A DNA stretch of 44,092 nt from a virus. Below the pieces are notes generated by a model. The model saw only the letters and a program-made list of their open reading frames with translations, was not told the origin of the DNA and did no database searches. Each line of letters opens with the position of its first letter. Position 1 is the stretch's first letter. The DNA lies in the IMG/VR virus record IMGVR_UViG_3300027852_000015, positions 1-44,092 of that record. The stretch is one strand, 5' to 3'. Positions 36,740 through 43,905 of the stretch are shown here, one piece after another. Made by a program: the position numbers and the translations under genes.

Positions 36740-37348
36740 TTATAAGCTGTCAGCAGTCACTTTAATAGACAGCAGCTCTTCCAACTTAGCAGCGGCCCAA
36801 GTACATACACGCTCGTTACGCTCAAGAACTTCAGGAGATACGCCGTCTACGAATGCGGCAAGCTGAGACTGCAACACAGTAAGAACATCATTATCACCAG
36901 CAGCTCGCTTGAAGCGCTCAACAAACAGAGAAGCAGCAGCTTGAACTCGTGCTACATCTTTACCTGTAAGCTCAGGCATAACAGCAATATAATCAACAGC
37001 AAAGACTTCGAGATCGTCTTTAGACAGTACGTTACGGTCAGCCTTGGGAATGTGAGCAATGTAAGCAAGAGACAGTTTGCCTTGCTCTTCTAATGCAGCG
37101 GTCTGCTCTGCGCCAAAGTCTTTGTCGTTAAGAACATAGTTACGAACTTGGTCAACAACGATACCTTGCACAGTATCAACAATCATGGCTCGCAATACAG
37201 CATCTTCGCCAGTAAGAGCTTCGATAATACCGTCAACGGTAGGGGCGCTATGCTCTACAGATACAGAAGGGCGCTTGTAGCCGTCTTTAGTGCGGAAGTG
37301 GAAGTCAGAAGTAACTAATGTAATAAATGCAGATTGTGTAGATGTCAT
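36740..37348 (-). CDS. early protein of unknown function, VTADSL-tail family (paralogue of 42439..43119)
   Basis: 202 aa with its own promoter and terminator. Arg codons are CGT/CGC as in the capsid gene. The C-terminus is ...KVTADSL. Confidence 0.65.
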   Translation of the reverse strand: MTSTQSAFITLVTSDFHFRTKDGYKRPSVSVEHSAPTVDGIIEALTGEDAVLRAMIVDTVQGIVVDQVRNYVLNDKDFGAEQTAALEEQGKLSLAYIAHIPKADRNVLSKDDLEVFAVDYIAVMPELTGKDVARVQAAASLFVERFKRAAGDNDVLTVLQSQLAAFVDGVSPEVLERNERVCTWAAAKLEELLSIKVTADSL

Positions 37349-37430
37349 GGTAGTATCCTAATTAAAAAGAAAAGTTAAAGTTAAATAAGCAGTAATTTAA
37401 AAGCCGGCTGCTTCCCCCGACTGGACTGCT

Positions 37431-37459
37431 ATAATCTCATATAGATTGGAAGGCGTCAA
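37431..37459 (-). promoter_or_regulatory. sigma70-type early promoter P1 (TTGACG-17-GATTAT with TGn extended -10)
   Basis: Minus strand: TTGACGccttccaatctaTATGAGATTATAG. It sits about 80 nt upstream of the ATG at 37348. Confidence 0.65.
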
Positions 37460-37487
37460 GGCCGAATTTCTATAAGAGAGTTTTGTA

Positions 37488-39323
37488 TTAAGAATCTATC
37501 TTAGGCTCTGACGAGACCAATAACGATACTTTCGCAGGTCTCTCAGACTGCCCGGCTTTCGTAGTCTTTAAGTTCTTGTCAAAATTAGCCAGTTTCTCTT
37601 CTAAAGTATCTCCCGGAACTCTCTGCGATACCAGACCTTTCACAAACATATCTGGCTCACATATAATATAAAGCTCCTCAGACGCTCTAGTTACAGCTGT
37701 ATAAATAAGCTCTCTGAATAACATAGATTGCTGAGACTTGTGAGTTATAAAAAACACTCTGCGGTACTCAGAGCCTTGCGACTTATGTACAGTTATAGCA
37801 TACGCTAGATCCATAGCATTAATCTCTCCTGAGCCTGTTAGTTCAACAGACTGTTCCAGAGACTCTACATAGACAGTTATTTTATGCGAGGCTTCCCTAG
37901 ATACCTTAGCACCTTCTTGTAGATGCGACTCCATGTTAGCAAGTATTGAGTCTGCATCATCTACGGCCGCAGCCCCATGGTTGGCCACAATTATCTCTGG
38001 ATCTGACTCAACTCCGTTATAAGACATTGTAGGAGAGGGAGGTCTGGGATGTTTCCCGTAATAAGCTCCATTAGTCTCTATGTTAGTTATAATTGCCTCT
38101 GATTTATTATATAAGACTTTGTCCCCAATTCGCAGATACTTCTTAGCAATTCCCGCATATATCTCCCATACAGCTTTCTTAGTTGGATTAGTCTCTATCT
38201 GTGCTAGATGGGAAGCTATTGCATCATTCATCATAACTGTACCGAATGACTTATTGAAAGGTGTAAGTATCACATCTGCGATAGGATCATAAGCACCTGA
38301 GTCTATTAGTTCAGGGAGAAACTTACACATTACTCTGCAAGCTGCAACTTCTGAGTGCGCTTTCTTCCAAGGCCGTATGGTTACATTACCGTGCTCTCCT
38401 ATCTCTGCGTAATCTTGCAGACTATCTGATCTAATAATCTTGCCTTCTCTCACTCTCGTAGCTAGGCGTATAATAGGAGACTGAAGAGCTTGGCGATAAA
38501 TATGGGTAAGTTCCACAGTTGGGCAGCCAAGTTGCATAGCCCAGACAAATATGGATTTACCAAACACAGGAGGTAACTGGTTAATATCTCCCATAATTAT
38601 TATCTGTTTCTTTGAGGTAAGAGCCGCAGCCAAGAGATTCCAGAGTTCCACAGATACCATAGTTGCCTCATCTATGATAAGTATAAGAGGCATTAATGGA
38701 TTCTCTGCGTCGCGCTTAGGTAAGAATTCCATTGAGGTAATATCTTTGCCAGTTTCTAAGTCATAAGTCGAGGAAAATACCGGCTCAAACTCTAACGCTT
38801 TGTGGATAGTTATACAGTTACCTCGTAGGTCTTCAGATAGCGCATGTTTAAGATTCTGCACAGCTTTGTTAGTAAATGAGACACAAGCTAAACTGGGAGT
38901 TCCAGGTTTTAGATGCTTATGTGGTGCAGATATAGGAGGCACTAAGTTATTAGCCATTAATGCGTTAACTATGCCTTTAACTGTGGTGGTTTTACCTGAG
39001 CCTGCTGGGCCTGTTATGACACAAGACTTACCGGAGAGAACTAAGTCTATAGCTTGCTGCTGTTTCTCATTGTAAGGAATTGAGCCAGAGTTTTTAGCTG
39101 CGGACTCTGCCTCTAGTTCTTTCCGAGTCTCAGCCGCTATCGCAGAAGCTAGTTCCGCAGGAGAGGTCACTGGAACTCCGCCTGTTTCTTTATTTCTATC
39201 TAAGACTCCTTGGGATTTAAGTAATTTGGATAGTTTCGCTCTCGCCTGTTTCGCTCTAAACGATTTAAGCTCTGCTGCTTTTCGTTCTGTCTCTCTATCT
39301 AAGTTTCTATCTAAGTCTGTCAT
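37488..39323 (-). CDS. SF1B (RecD/Dda-like) DNA helicase
   Basis: Motif I GPAGSGKTT, motif II LIIDEATM, motif III GDINQLPPV, motif V VHKSQGSEY, motif VI YTAVTRA. Confidence 0.85.
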   Translation of the reverse strand: MTDLDRNLDRETERKAAELKSFRAKQARAKLSKLLKSQGVLDRNKETGGVPVTSPAELASAIAAETRKELEAESAAKNSGSIPYNEKQQQAIDLVLSGKSCVITGPAGSGKTTTVKGIVNALMANNLVPPISAPHKHLKPGTPSLACVSFTNKAVQNLKHALSEDLRGNCITIHKALEFEPVFSSTYDLETGKDITSMEFLPKRDAENPLMPLILIIDEATMVSVELWNLLAAALTSKKQIIIMGDINQLPPVFGKSIFVWAMQLGCPTVELTHIYRQALQSPIIRLATRVREGKIIRSDSLQDYAEIGEHGNVTIRPWKKAHSEVAACRVMCKFLPELIDSGAYDPIADVILTPFNKSFGTVMMNDAIASHLAQIETNPTKKAVWEIYAGIAKKYLRIGDKVLYNKSEAIITNIETNGAYYGKHPRPPSPTMSYNGVESDPEIIVANHGAAAVDDADSILANMESHLQEGAKVSREASHKITVYVESLEQSVELTGSGEINAMDLAYAITVHKSQGSEYRRVFFITHKSQQSMLFRELIYTAVTRASEELYIICEPDMFVKGLVSQRVPGDTLEEKLANFDKNLKTTKAGQSERPAKVSLLVSSEPKIDS

Positions 39324-39333
39324 AGCAAGTTAC

Positions 39334-40404
39334 CTATTTAACTCCATAAGATTGTTTCTGCTCTTCAGTAAGAGACTTAATCCAGATAAGTTTCGCAGAG
39401 ATATAACCCTGTAATGTAGGAAACTTTCTCTTGTCTGGTTCACCTGGATGTAATGGTTTAGAGGGTTTCTTAGGTATTGAGGCAGGTGTCGCAGCTCCAT
39501 TCTCAGATCCATTCTCTGTCTCTCCTAACAGATCCCCAAGTAACGTCTCTGCCTGCGCTGCTTGCTTAATCTCTTTCAATCTAACCGGAGATTTAAACTC
39601 ATCTAACATAGACTTAGCAGTGCGTAACCTTTTAAATAAAGCAAGAGAATGTATTGATCCAATATCTATGCTAGACTCACAGTGCTCTATAAGCTCATCT
39701 ATGTCACCTATAGTTATATCCACAGAAAGTATATCTACTGGAGACTCGAAACTAAACAATTGGGAGATAATAGTTTTCCAGTGGTCTCTCAAAGTAGTAG
39801 TTTTGCCTCCTAAGAGATTCACAGAAGTAGACGGGAAGTTACCTACGTCAGATGCCCACTCTGCCATTAAGCCTGGTAAGAGTTTCTTATTCTTAGCGCC
39901 TGCCATTGCTCCGCGTAAGATACCTAAGATAGTCTCTTCTGCTGGGTCTCTCATATAAGAGGCAGATAGAGAGGCAGAATCCAGATCTAAGTCATCTTTA
40001 TAAATTGAGCAAGAATTTAACTCAGACTCTACCGCATCTAAGTAATGATGTAGATTCTCTAGTTTACAGTTATCTGAGGTAATATGATACTTGGGGAGAG
40101 AATCTATATCTTTATCAGTGTATCTCATTGCAAGAGCTGCTAGTTTCTCTCCATTTTTGCGCCACATTGGGACACAAACTTGCTCTCTTAGTGGCGCATT
40201 CCAGATAACTGGAAACTGTTTAAGTAACGCACACCCAAATAGATGGAGATCCGCAGGAGCCAGTTGCCCTACTGTGAATCTATCTAAGTTTTGCATAATT
40301 AGCGCTTGGATAGGTAACTGGAACATTGGGTGCGGTATCTTACCGTGTCCATTACCTATGTTAGTTTTATACGATACAGCACTATAAGGACAGTATAGTT
40401 TCAT
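39334..40404 (-). CDS. hypothetical protein (candidate replication initiator or helicase loader, from position only)
   Basis: 356-aa ORF directly upstream of the helicase gene. No motif was recognised. Confidence 0.6.
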   Translation of the reverse strand: MKLYCPYSAVSYKTNIGNGHGKIPHPMFQLPIQALIMQNLDRFTVGQLAPADLHLFGCALLKQFPVIWNAPLREQVCVPMWRKNGEKLAALAMRYTDKDIDSLPKYHITSDNCKLENLHHYLDAVESELNSCSIYKDDLDLDSASLSASYMRDPAEETILGILRGAMAGAKNKKLLPGLMAEWASDVGNFPSTSVNLLGGKTTTLRDHWKTIISQLFSFESPVDILSVDITIGDIDELIEHCESSIDIGSIHSLALFKRLRTAKSMLDEFKSPVRLKEIKQAAQAETLLGDLLGETENGSENGAATPASIPKKPSKPLHPGEPDKRKFPTLQGYISAKLIWIKSLTEEQKQSYGVK

Positions 40405-40574
40405 TTGTTAGATTCCTCTTGTAGCTCCTCCAATTCCAGCTTCTCTTGCTCAATAAGCTTATTAAGTCTATCTAACGCTATCTCATTACTTATTATTAAG
40501 ATAGATAAGATAGTGAAACAGCTAATTAATACCACAACACTGCCCAAGCTTACATAAAACTCTAAATCTGACAT
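40401..40574 (-). CDS. 57-aa membrane/coiled-coil mini-protein (MSDLEFYVSLGSVVVLISCFTILSILIISNEIALDRLNKLIEQEKLELEELQEESNK)
   Basis: Not in the ORF track because it is under 60 aa. It has an AGGGG ribosome-binding site, a stop TGA that overlaps the ATG of the 356-aa gene (ATGA), and one clear TM helix. Confidence 0.5.
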   Translation of the reverse strand: MSDLEFYVSLGSVVVLISCFTILSILIISNEIALDRLNKLIEQEKLELEELQEESNK

Positions 40575-40579
40575 AGTCT

Positions 40580-40717
40580 CTAGCCCCTTAACCAGTTTAT
40601 TACTTTACGCTCAAAAGCCTGCCATTTAGGTGACATAAACATACAAGTAAATCCTATGTAACATATAACTGTGACTGCGATAACCAGTAACTCTTCTAAT
40701 ATCTCTAAATCTGACAT
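40580..40717 (-). CDS. 45-aa membrane mini-protein (MSDLEILEELLVIAVTVICYIGFTCMFMSPKWQAFERKVINWLRG)
   Basis: Not in the ORF track. GGGAG ribosome-binding site. Its first 15 nt (ATGTCAGATTTAGAG) are identical to the neighbouring mini-gene. Confidence 0.45.
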   Translation of the reverse strand: MSDLEILEELLVIAVTVICYIGFTCMFMSPKWQAFERKVINWLRG

Positions 40718-40813
40718 ATCTCTTACTCCCTTATATCTCTTAGTTTCTTGGATCTCTTAGATCTGTACCCTGTTAAACTCATTTATACACTTAAATAAAT
40801 ATATAACTATGGG

Positions 40814-40842
40814 ATTGTCTCATAGTCTAGGGGAAATGTCAA
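40814..40842 (-). promoter_or_regulatory. sigma70-type early promoter P3 (TTGACA-17-GACAAT with TGn)
   Basis: Minus strand: TTGACAtttcccctagacTATGAGACAATC. It lies upstream of the mini-genes, the 356-aa gene and the helicase. Confidence 0.55.
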
Positions 40843-40880
40843 GAAGTTTTTCTCTTCTATCTTAGATGGAGATCTATAAC

Positions 40881-41186
40881 TTAGAGATCAGAGAGTTGCT
40901 TTTCTAGTCTCTTCTCTATCTCAGCATATTCTCTATCTGCTTTCTCTTTAGCAACTCTAGCTGTTTCTAGTCTACCCTCTAGCTCAGCTTTCTCATCTTC
41001 TGGTAACATTCGCAGCTCTACCTCTATAATATCTGAGATCCTTCTGTATCCGCTACCTGACTCTTCTATCCAAGTATCTGCCCAAGTTACCATTGGTGCT
41101 GAATTAGGAGTCAGTAAGTTCTTATACATTGCGATTTTTACTTTCGTAGTTTCTGGGCTAGTCTCAGTTTGCATATCAGTTTGCAT
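40881..41186 (-). CDS. hypothetical protein
   Basis: 101-aa ORF with a coiled-coil C-terminus. Confidence 0.6.
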   Translation of the reverse strand: MQTDMQTETSPETTKVKIAMYKNLLTPNSAPMVTWADTWIEESGSGYRRISDIIEVELRMLPEDEKAELEGRLETARVAKEKADREYAEIEKRLEKQLSDL

Positions 41187-41207
41187 CTTAGTATTTCCTT
41201 TAAGTAT

Positions 41208-41267
41208 CTGTAAGCTGAGGTATAGGAGAGCTGTAAGCTTGGGTATTGGTAGCCGATATTGGTAGCC
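41208..41267. repeat. two pairs of short direct repeats in an intergenic gap
   Basis: ctgtaagct at 41208 and 41231; tattggtagcc at 41244 and 41257. Confidence 0.8.
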
Positions 41268-41297
41268 TACCGCTTCGCAGGTCTCTTATAAACTCTC

Positions 41298-41795
41298 TTA
41301 TAAAATCCGCATCATAAATGAGTTAAGTATCTCTTCCTCTTCCTTAGATAGCCCTTCTTTCTTATTAGCTTTAGACGCTACCACTCTTTCTAGTAACTCT
41401 GCGGAAAGCTTCTCTTTAGCTTCTCCCATACTCTCACATCTATTATAGATTTTTGTCGCATCTATGAGTATCTGAGCTGCCTCAGCCTTCTTACTCTCTT
41501 CTGCCTCTTTCGCTGCCCCAGCCGCAGACACTGCATAAGCCGGTGCTGCAATCTCTGCATCTATCTTATAGGCTAACATAGCTAACCTTGAGTGAACTTT
41601 CTCTATAATATAAGAGAAATCATCAGATACTTCTCTCTCTTCTCTCGGTATCTTTAGTAGCTCTTCTGTTATATTCTTTAAGCAACGTATCTCATCTGCA
41701 GAGAATTGCGGCCTATATTTAGCCAAAGGCGCAGACCTTGCCGATCTAGGCTCTAGTTTAAAGTCTTTTAGCTTAGATTCTTTTAAGTCTGACAT
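41298..41795 (-). CDS. hypothetical protein
   Basis: 165-aa helical ORF. Confidence 0.6.
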   Translation of the reverse strand: MSDLKESKLKDFKLEPRSARSAPLAKYRPQFSADEIRCLKNITEELLKIPREEREVSDDFSYIIEKVHSRLAMLAYKIDAEIAAPAYAVSAAGAAKEAEESKKAEAAQILIDATKIYNRCESMGEAKEKLSAELLERVVASKANKKEGLSKEEEEILNSFMMRIL

Positions 41796-42082
41796 AGGAA
41801 TGTATCCTGTTAAGTTTGTAAGATATGGGTTGAGGGGTCAATGTCGCGGCGTCGAAAATGGCACGACAATGCGACATCATACCCCCGACCCCCTCGACCC
41901 GTCAACACCTCGACCTCACCTCCTATCTGCCTTAACCTCTATCTCCCATATACCTCTTACCTCTTATACTCTATATCTCCCTTATTCTATCTTAGATACT
42001 CCTTTCTTTTATGGATTAGCCTCTATTTTTTGACCCCACTAAAATATTAATATATAAATAAAATCTATAACTTAGAAGGGCA

Positions 42083-42116
42083 GAGATAGCTAGAGACTAT
42101 GAGATAGCTAGAGACT
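42083..42116 (+). repeat. 16-bp direct repeat gagatagctagagact x2 (18-bp period), with a partial third copy
   Basis: Copies at 42083-42098 and 42101-42116, followed by cagagact at 42119-42126. Confidence 0.85.
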
Positions 42117-42165
42117 GGCAGAGACTAGGAGAGTGTGGGAGATAGATAGATAAGGGAGTAAGATA

Positions 42166-42202
42166 GGGAGGGGGAAAATGGGAGGGATGAGGGGAGGTGG
42201 GG
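42166..42202 (+). other. G-quadruplex-forming motif (six G3-5 runs with loops of 1-5 nt)
   Basis: GGGaGGGGGaaaatGGGaGGGatgaGGGGaggtGGGG. It lies inside a 94-nt C-free stretch (42126-42219). Confidence 0.7.
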
Positions 42203-42385
42203 ATGATTTTTTGTTTTGTCGTGTTGTCGTGTCGCCGCGTCATTTGCGACAATTTGACAATCAATCTGTGAGTCTCTATTTCTATAACTTTCTATTTCTG
42301 TCAGATACTTACCCTAGAAGGTCGTTGCGAAACTGCTCATTCTAGCTCTGTAACTTAACTAGGTGTAAACTTTTCTTTAGGCATT

Positions 42386-42420
42386 AAAAAACCCGTAACT
42401 GAATTAACAGCTACAGGTTT
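42386..42420 (-). terminator. rho-independent terminator after the 226-aa gene
   Basis: Minus strand: AAACCTGTA-(14-nt loop)-TACGGGTTT followed by TTTTTAATG. One G:U pair in the stem. Confidence 0.7.
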
Positions 42421-42438
42421 AAGAGTCTAAAGAGTCTC

Positions 42439-43119
42439 TTATAAAGAATCAGCCGTAACAGCGGTAGAACTAAGAGCCAGCTCATCAATTAACTTAACAG
42501 TCCAATTAATACTTTCTGATACTTCAGCATACTCAACTAATATCTCCTCATCATCTGATTCAGCGACAGCTTCTAGTAACTGCGTAATTGTCTCACCTAC
42601 AACTTGTAAAGCACCAACATTATTAAGAATCGGTTTCATCCTTAACCCAATAATAGTGCCACCGGCATTAGCTTTTGCAGCTTCCTTGTCTAATAGCTTC
42701 TCTGCGTATTTAGCGTAGAATTTGCCAGCGGCTTCGAGAGTCTTATTAGTTACTGCTCTAGTTCTTGTGCCGGTTGATGCCAGGTGGGCTGCCAGTTTCT
42801 CTACTGTAATATCTGATACTTCCGGCTTATATTCCCAGTCTCCCGCTTTAGCTGCAATCAGCTTCTTGCCATATTGCTCTAGTGCTTCATTAACTACCGC
42901 GACTAACTCTGCTGACGCTTCCTGGCTTACTTCCTTATAAGAAACAAATGACCATTTCACAGTATCTCGTTTCTTACCAAAATGTGGCGATGCCTTATCA
43001 GTTACCGCCTTAAAATGAGATACTACTTTCACCTGCTCAACGGTGTTAGCTGTGTTAGCTGTGTTAGCTGTGTTAGCTGTATTAGTTTCGTTTAACTCTA
43101 CTGAATTTAAAGCTTCCAT
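42439..43119 (-). CDS. early protein of unknown function, VTADSL-tail family (paralogue of 36740..37348) with an N-terminal (NTA)n repeat
   Basis: 226 aa. The C-terminal half aligns loosely with the 202-aa protein and ends ...AVTADSL. A terminator follows the gene. Confidence 0.65.
   Translation of the reverse strand: MEALNSVELNETNTANTANTANTANTVEQVKVVSHFKAVTDKASPHFGKKRDTVKWSFVSYKEVSQEASAELVAVVNEALEQYGKKLIAAKAGDWEYKPEVSDITVEKLAAHLASTGTRTRAVTNKTLEAAGKFYAKYAEKLLDKEAAKANAGGTIIGLRMKPILNNVGALQVVGETITQLLEAVAESDDEEILVEYAEVSESINWTVKLIDELALSSTAVTADSL
43043..43087. repeat. 9-bp tandem array gtgttagct x4 plus one degenerate unit
   Basis: Units at 43043, 43052, 43061 and 43070 are identical, and the unit at 43079 is degenerate. 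On the minus strand they encode NTANTANTANTANT. Confidence 0.9.
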
Positions 43120-43138
43120 AACATTTCCTACCTATTTA

Positions 43139-43179
43139 GACTTACTTACTTTGAATGGCATAATTGCCGACTTACTTAC
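43139..43179. repeat. 11-bp direct repeat gacttacttac flanking a small GGCA..TGCC hairpin
   Basis: Copies at 43139-43149 and 43169-43179. A related cttacttacc lies at 43457-43466 in the leader of the first early gene. Confidence 0.75.
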
Positions 43180-43203
43180 CTTACTACTTAACTCCTCTCT
43201 CTC

Positions 43204-43443
43204 TTACAACTCCAGCCCTCCCGCTTTCGCTATCATCCCACCATTAGAGTTAAAGTGAGTTTCAGAGACAATATCTAGCCTATTTAGCCTAGTCTCAAAC
43301 CTTACACGCCACTTACTATTAGTCTGTGCTTGCCACTCCGTTTGTGTAGCTTCTACCATGGCCGCCTCTTCCCTGGCCGCCTCTTCCCTCATCTTGTCTA
43401 TTACAGCCTGTAATCTAGCCTCTTGCCTATCAAACATGCTCAT
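43204..43443 (-). CDS. hypothetical protein, first early gene
   Basis: 79-aa ORF 29 nt downstream of the predicted P2 start site. GGAAGG ribosome-binding site. Confidence 0.6.
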   Translation of the reverse strand: MSMFDRQEARLQAVIDKMREEAAREEAAMVEATQTEWQAQTNSKWRVRFETRLNRLDIVSETHFNSNGGMIAKAGGLEL

Positions 43444-43478
43444 TTCCTTCCCTTCCCTTACTTACCTGATGAGCCATT

Positions 43479-43507
43479 ATAATCTCATATCTCCCCCACC
43501 TTGTCAA
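43479..43507 (-). promoter_or_regulatory. sigma70-type early promoter P2 (TTGACA-17-GATTAT with TGn; TATAAT overlaps it)
   Basis: Minus strand: TTGACAaggtgggggagaTATGAGATTATAATgg. It lies at the head of the minus-strand block. Confidence 0.7.
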
Positions 43508-43624
43508 CCCTTGCGTCTCTTATAGCTTAGTTTCTACCTCTAACTCCTATACCTAGTTAACCTAACTCCCTAACCTTATATAACTATAAGATATAAAAAT
43601 CGCTCGTCGCTACGCTCCTCAAAG

Positions 43625-43653
43625 GTCAAAGTCAAAAGATAAGGTCAAAAGAT
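43625..43653 (+). repeat. three GTCAAA(AG) direct repeats
   Basis: GTCAAA at 43625, 43631 and 43644. The 10-mer gtcaaaagat occurs at 43631 and 43644. Confidence 0.8.
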
Positions 43654-43709
43654 CTAATGCGTTCGCAAGCTCACTAACTCTCGTAAAAGACTCTAAACAC
43701 TAAGTGCCG

Positions 43710-43727
43710 GGGGTGGAACCCCTTTTT
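43710..43727 (+). terminator. short GC hairpin plus T5 (GGGGT-gga-ACCCC-TTTTT) in the divergent control region
   Basis: Read directly from the sequence. The stem is only 5 bp, and it is unclear what it would terminate. Confidence 0.35.
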
Positions 43728-43905
43728 CTATCTTCGAGCCTCCGTATATCCTAAGCACTCTCTCTAATTTTTCTAAGAAATTTTAGCTATTTAAGAGGCT
43801 GCAACTTACATAGATAGAGATAGCCCCTAGAAAACTTTGCGCCCTAGAGAGTTCTGCTACTTATGTTAAGCTATTCATAGAACTTAACTGAGATTGCAGA
43901 CATTT

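Larger units (their letters stand above)
41837..42258. repeat. ~420-bp imperfect dyad: pyrimidine-rich left arm, AT-rich core, purine-rich right arm
   Basis: The reverse complement of the right arm reproduces the left-arm block order: GTCAA.TGTCGC..GCGGCG, CACGACAA, ATCAT.CCCC, TATCTCCCA. The outer GTCAA (41837) and TTGAC (42254) boxes are equidistant, to within 1 bp, from the perfect palindrome ATATTAATAT at 42044-42053. Confidence 0.8.

Noticed and set aside
40872-40885. A 14-mer atctataacttaga shared with 42063-42076
   Set aside because: A few exact 14-mer pairs are expected by chance in 44 kb, and one copy overlaps a stop codon. This is not enough to call a motif.
41800-42050. Two overlapping plus-strand ORFs (77 and 69 aa) in the large intergenic gap
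   Set aside because: They are low-complexity Pro/Ser/Leu/Tyr translations of the pyrimidine-rich dyad arm, have no ribosome-binding site, and run opposite to the surrounding operon. I treat the region as non-coding.
41837-42258. The dyad read as a protelomerase (hairpin telomere) site or a joined pair of inverted terminal repeats
   Set aside because: The arms are imperfect and contain indels. No protelomerase, terminal protein or family B protein-primed polymerase is encoded, and the polymerase is family A.
43520-43905. A tRNA or other structured RNA gene in the intergenic gaps
   Set aside because: I recognised no cloverleaf-compatible sequence or T-loop (GGTTCGAATCC-like) box in this or any other gap.
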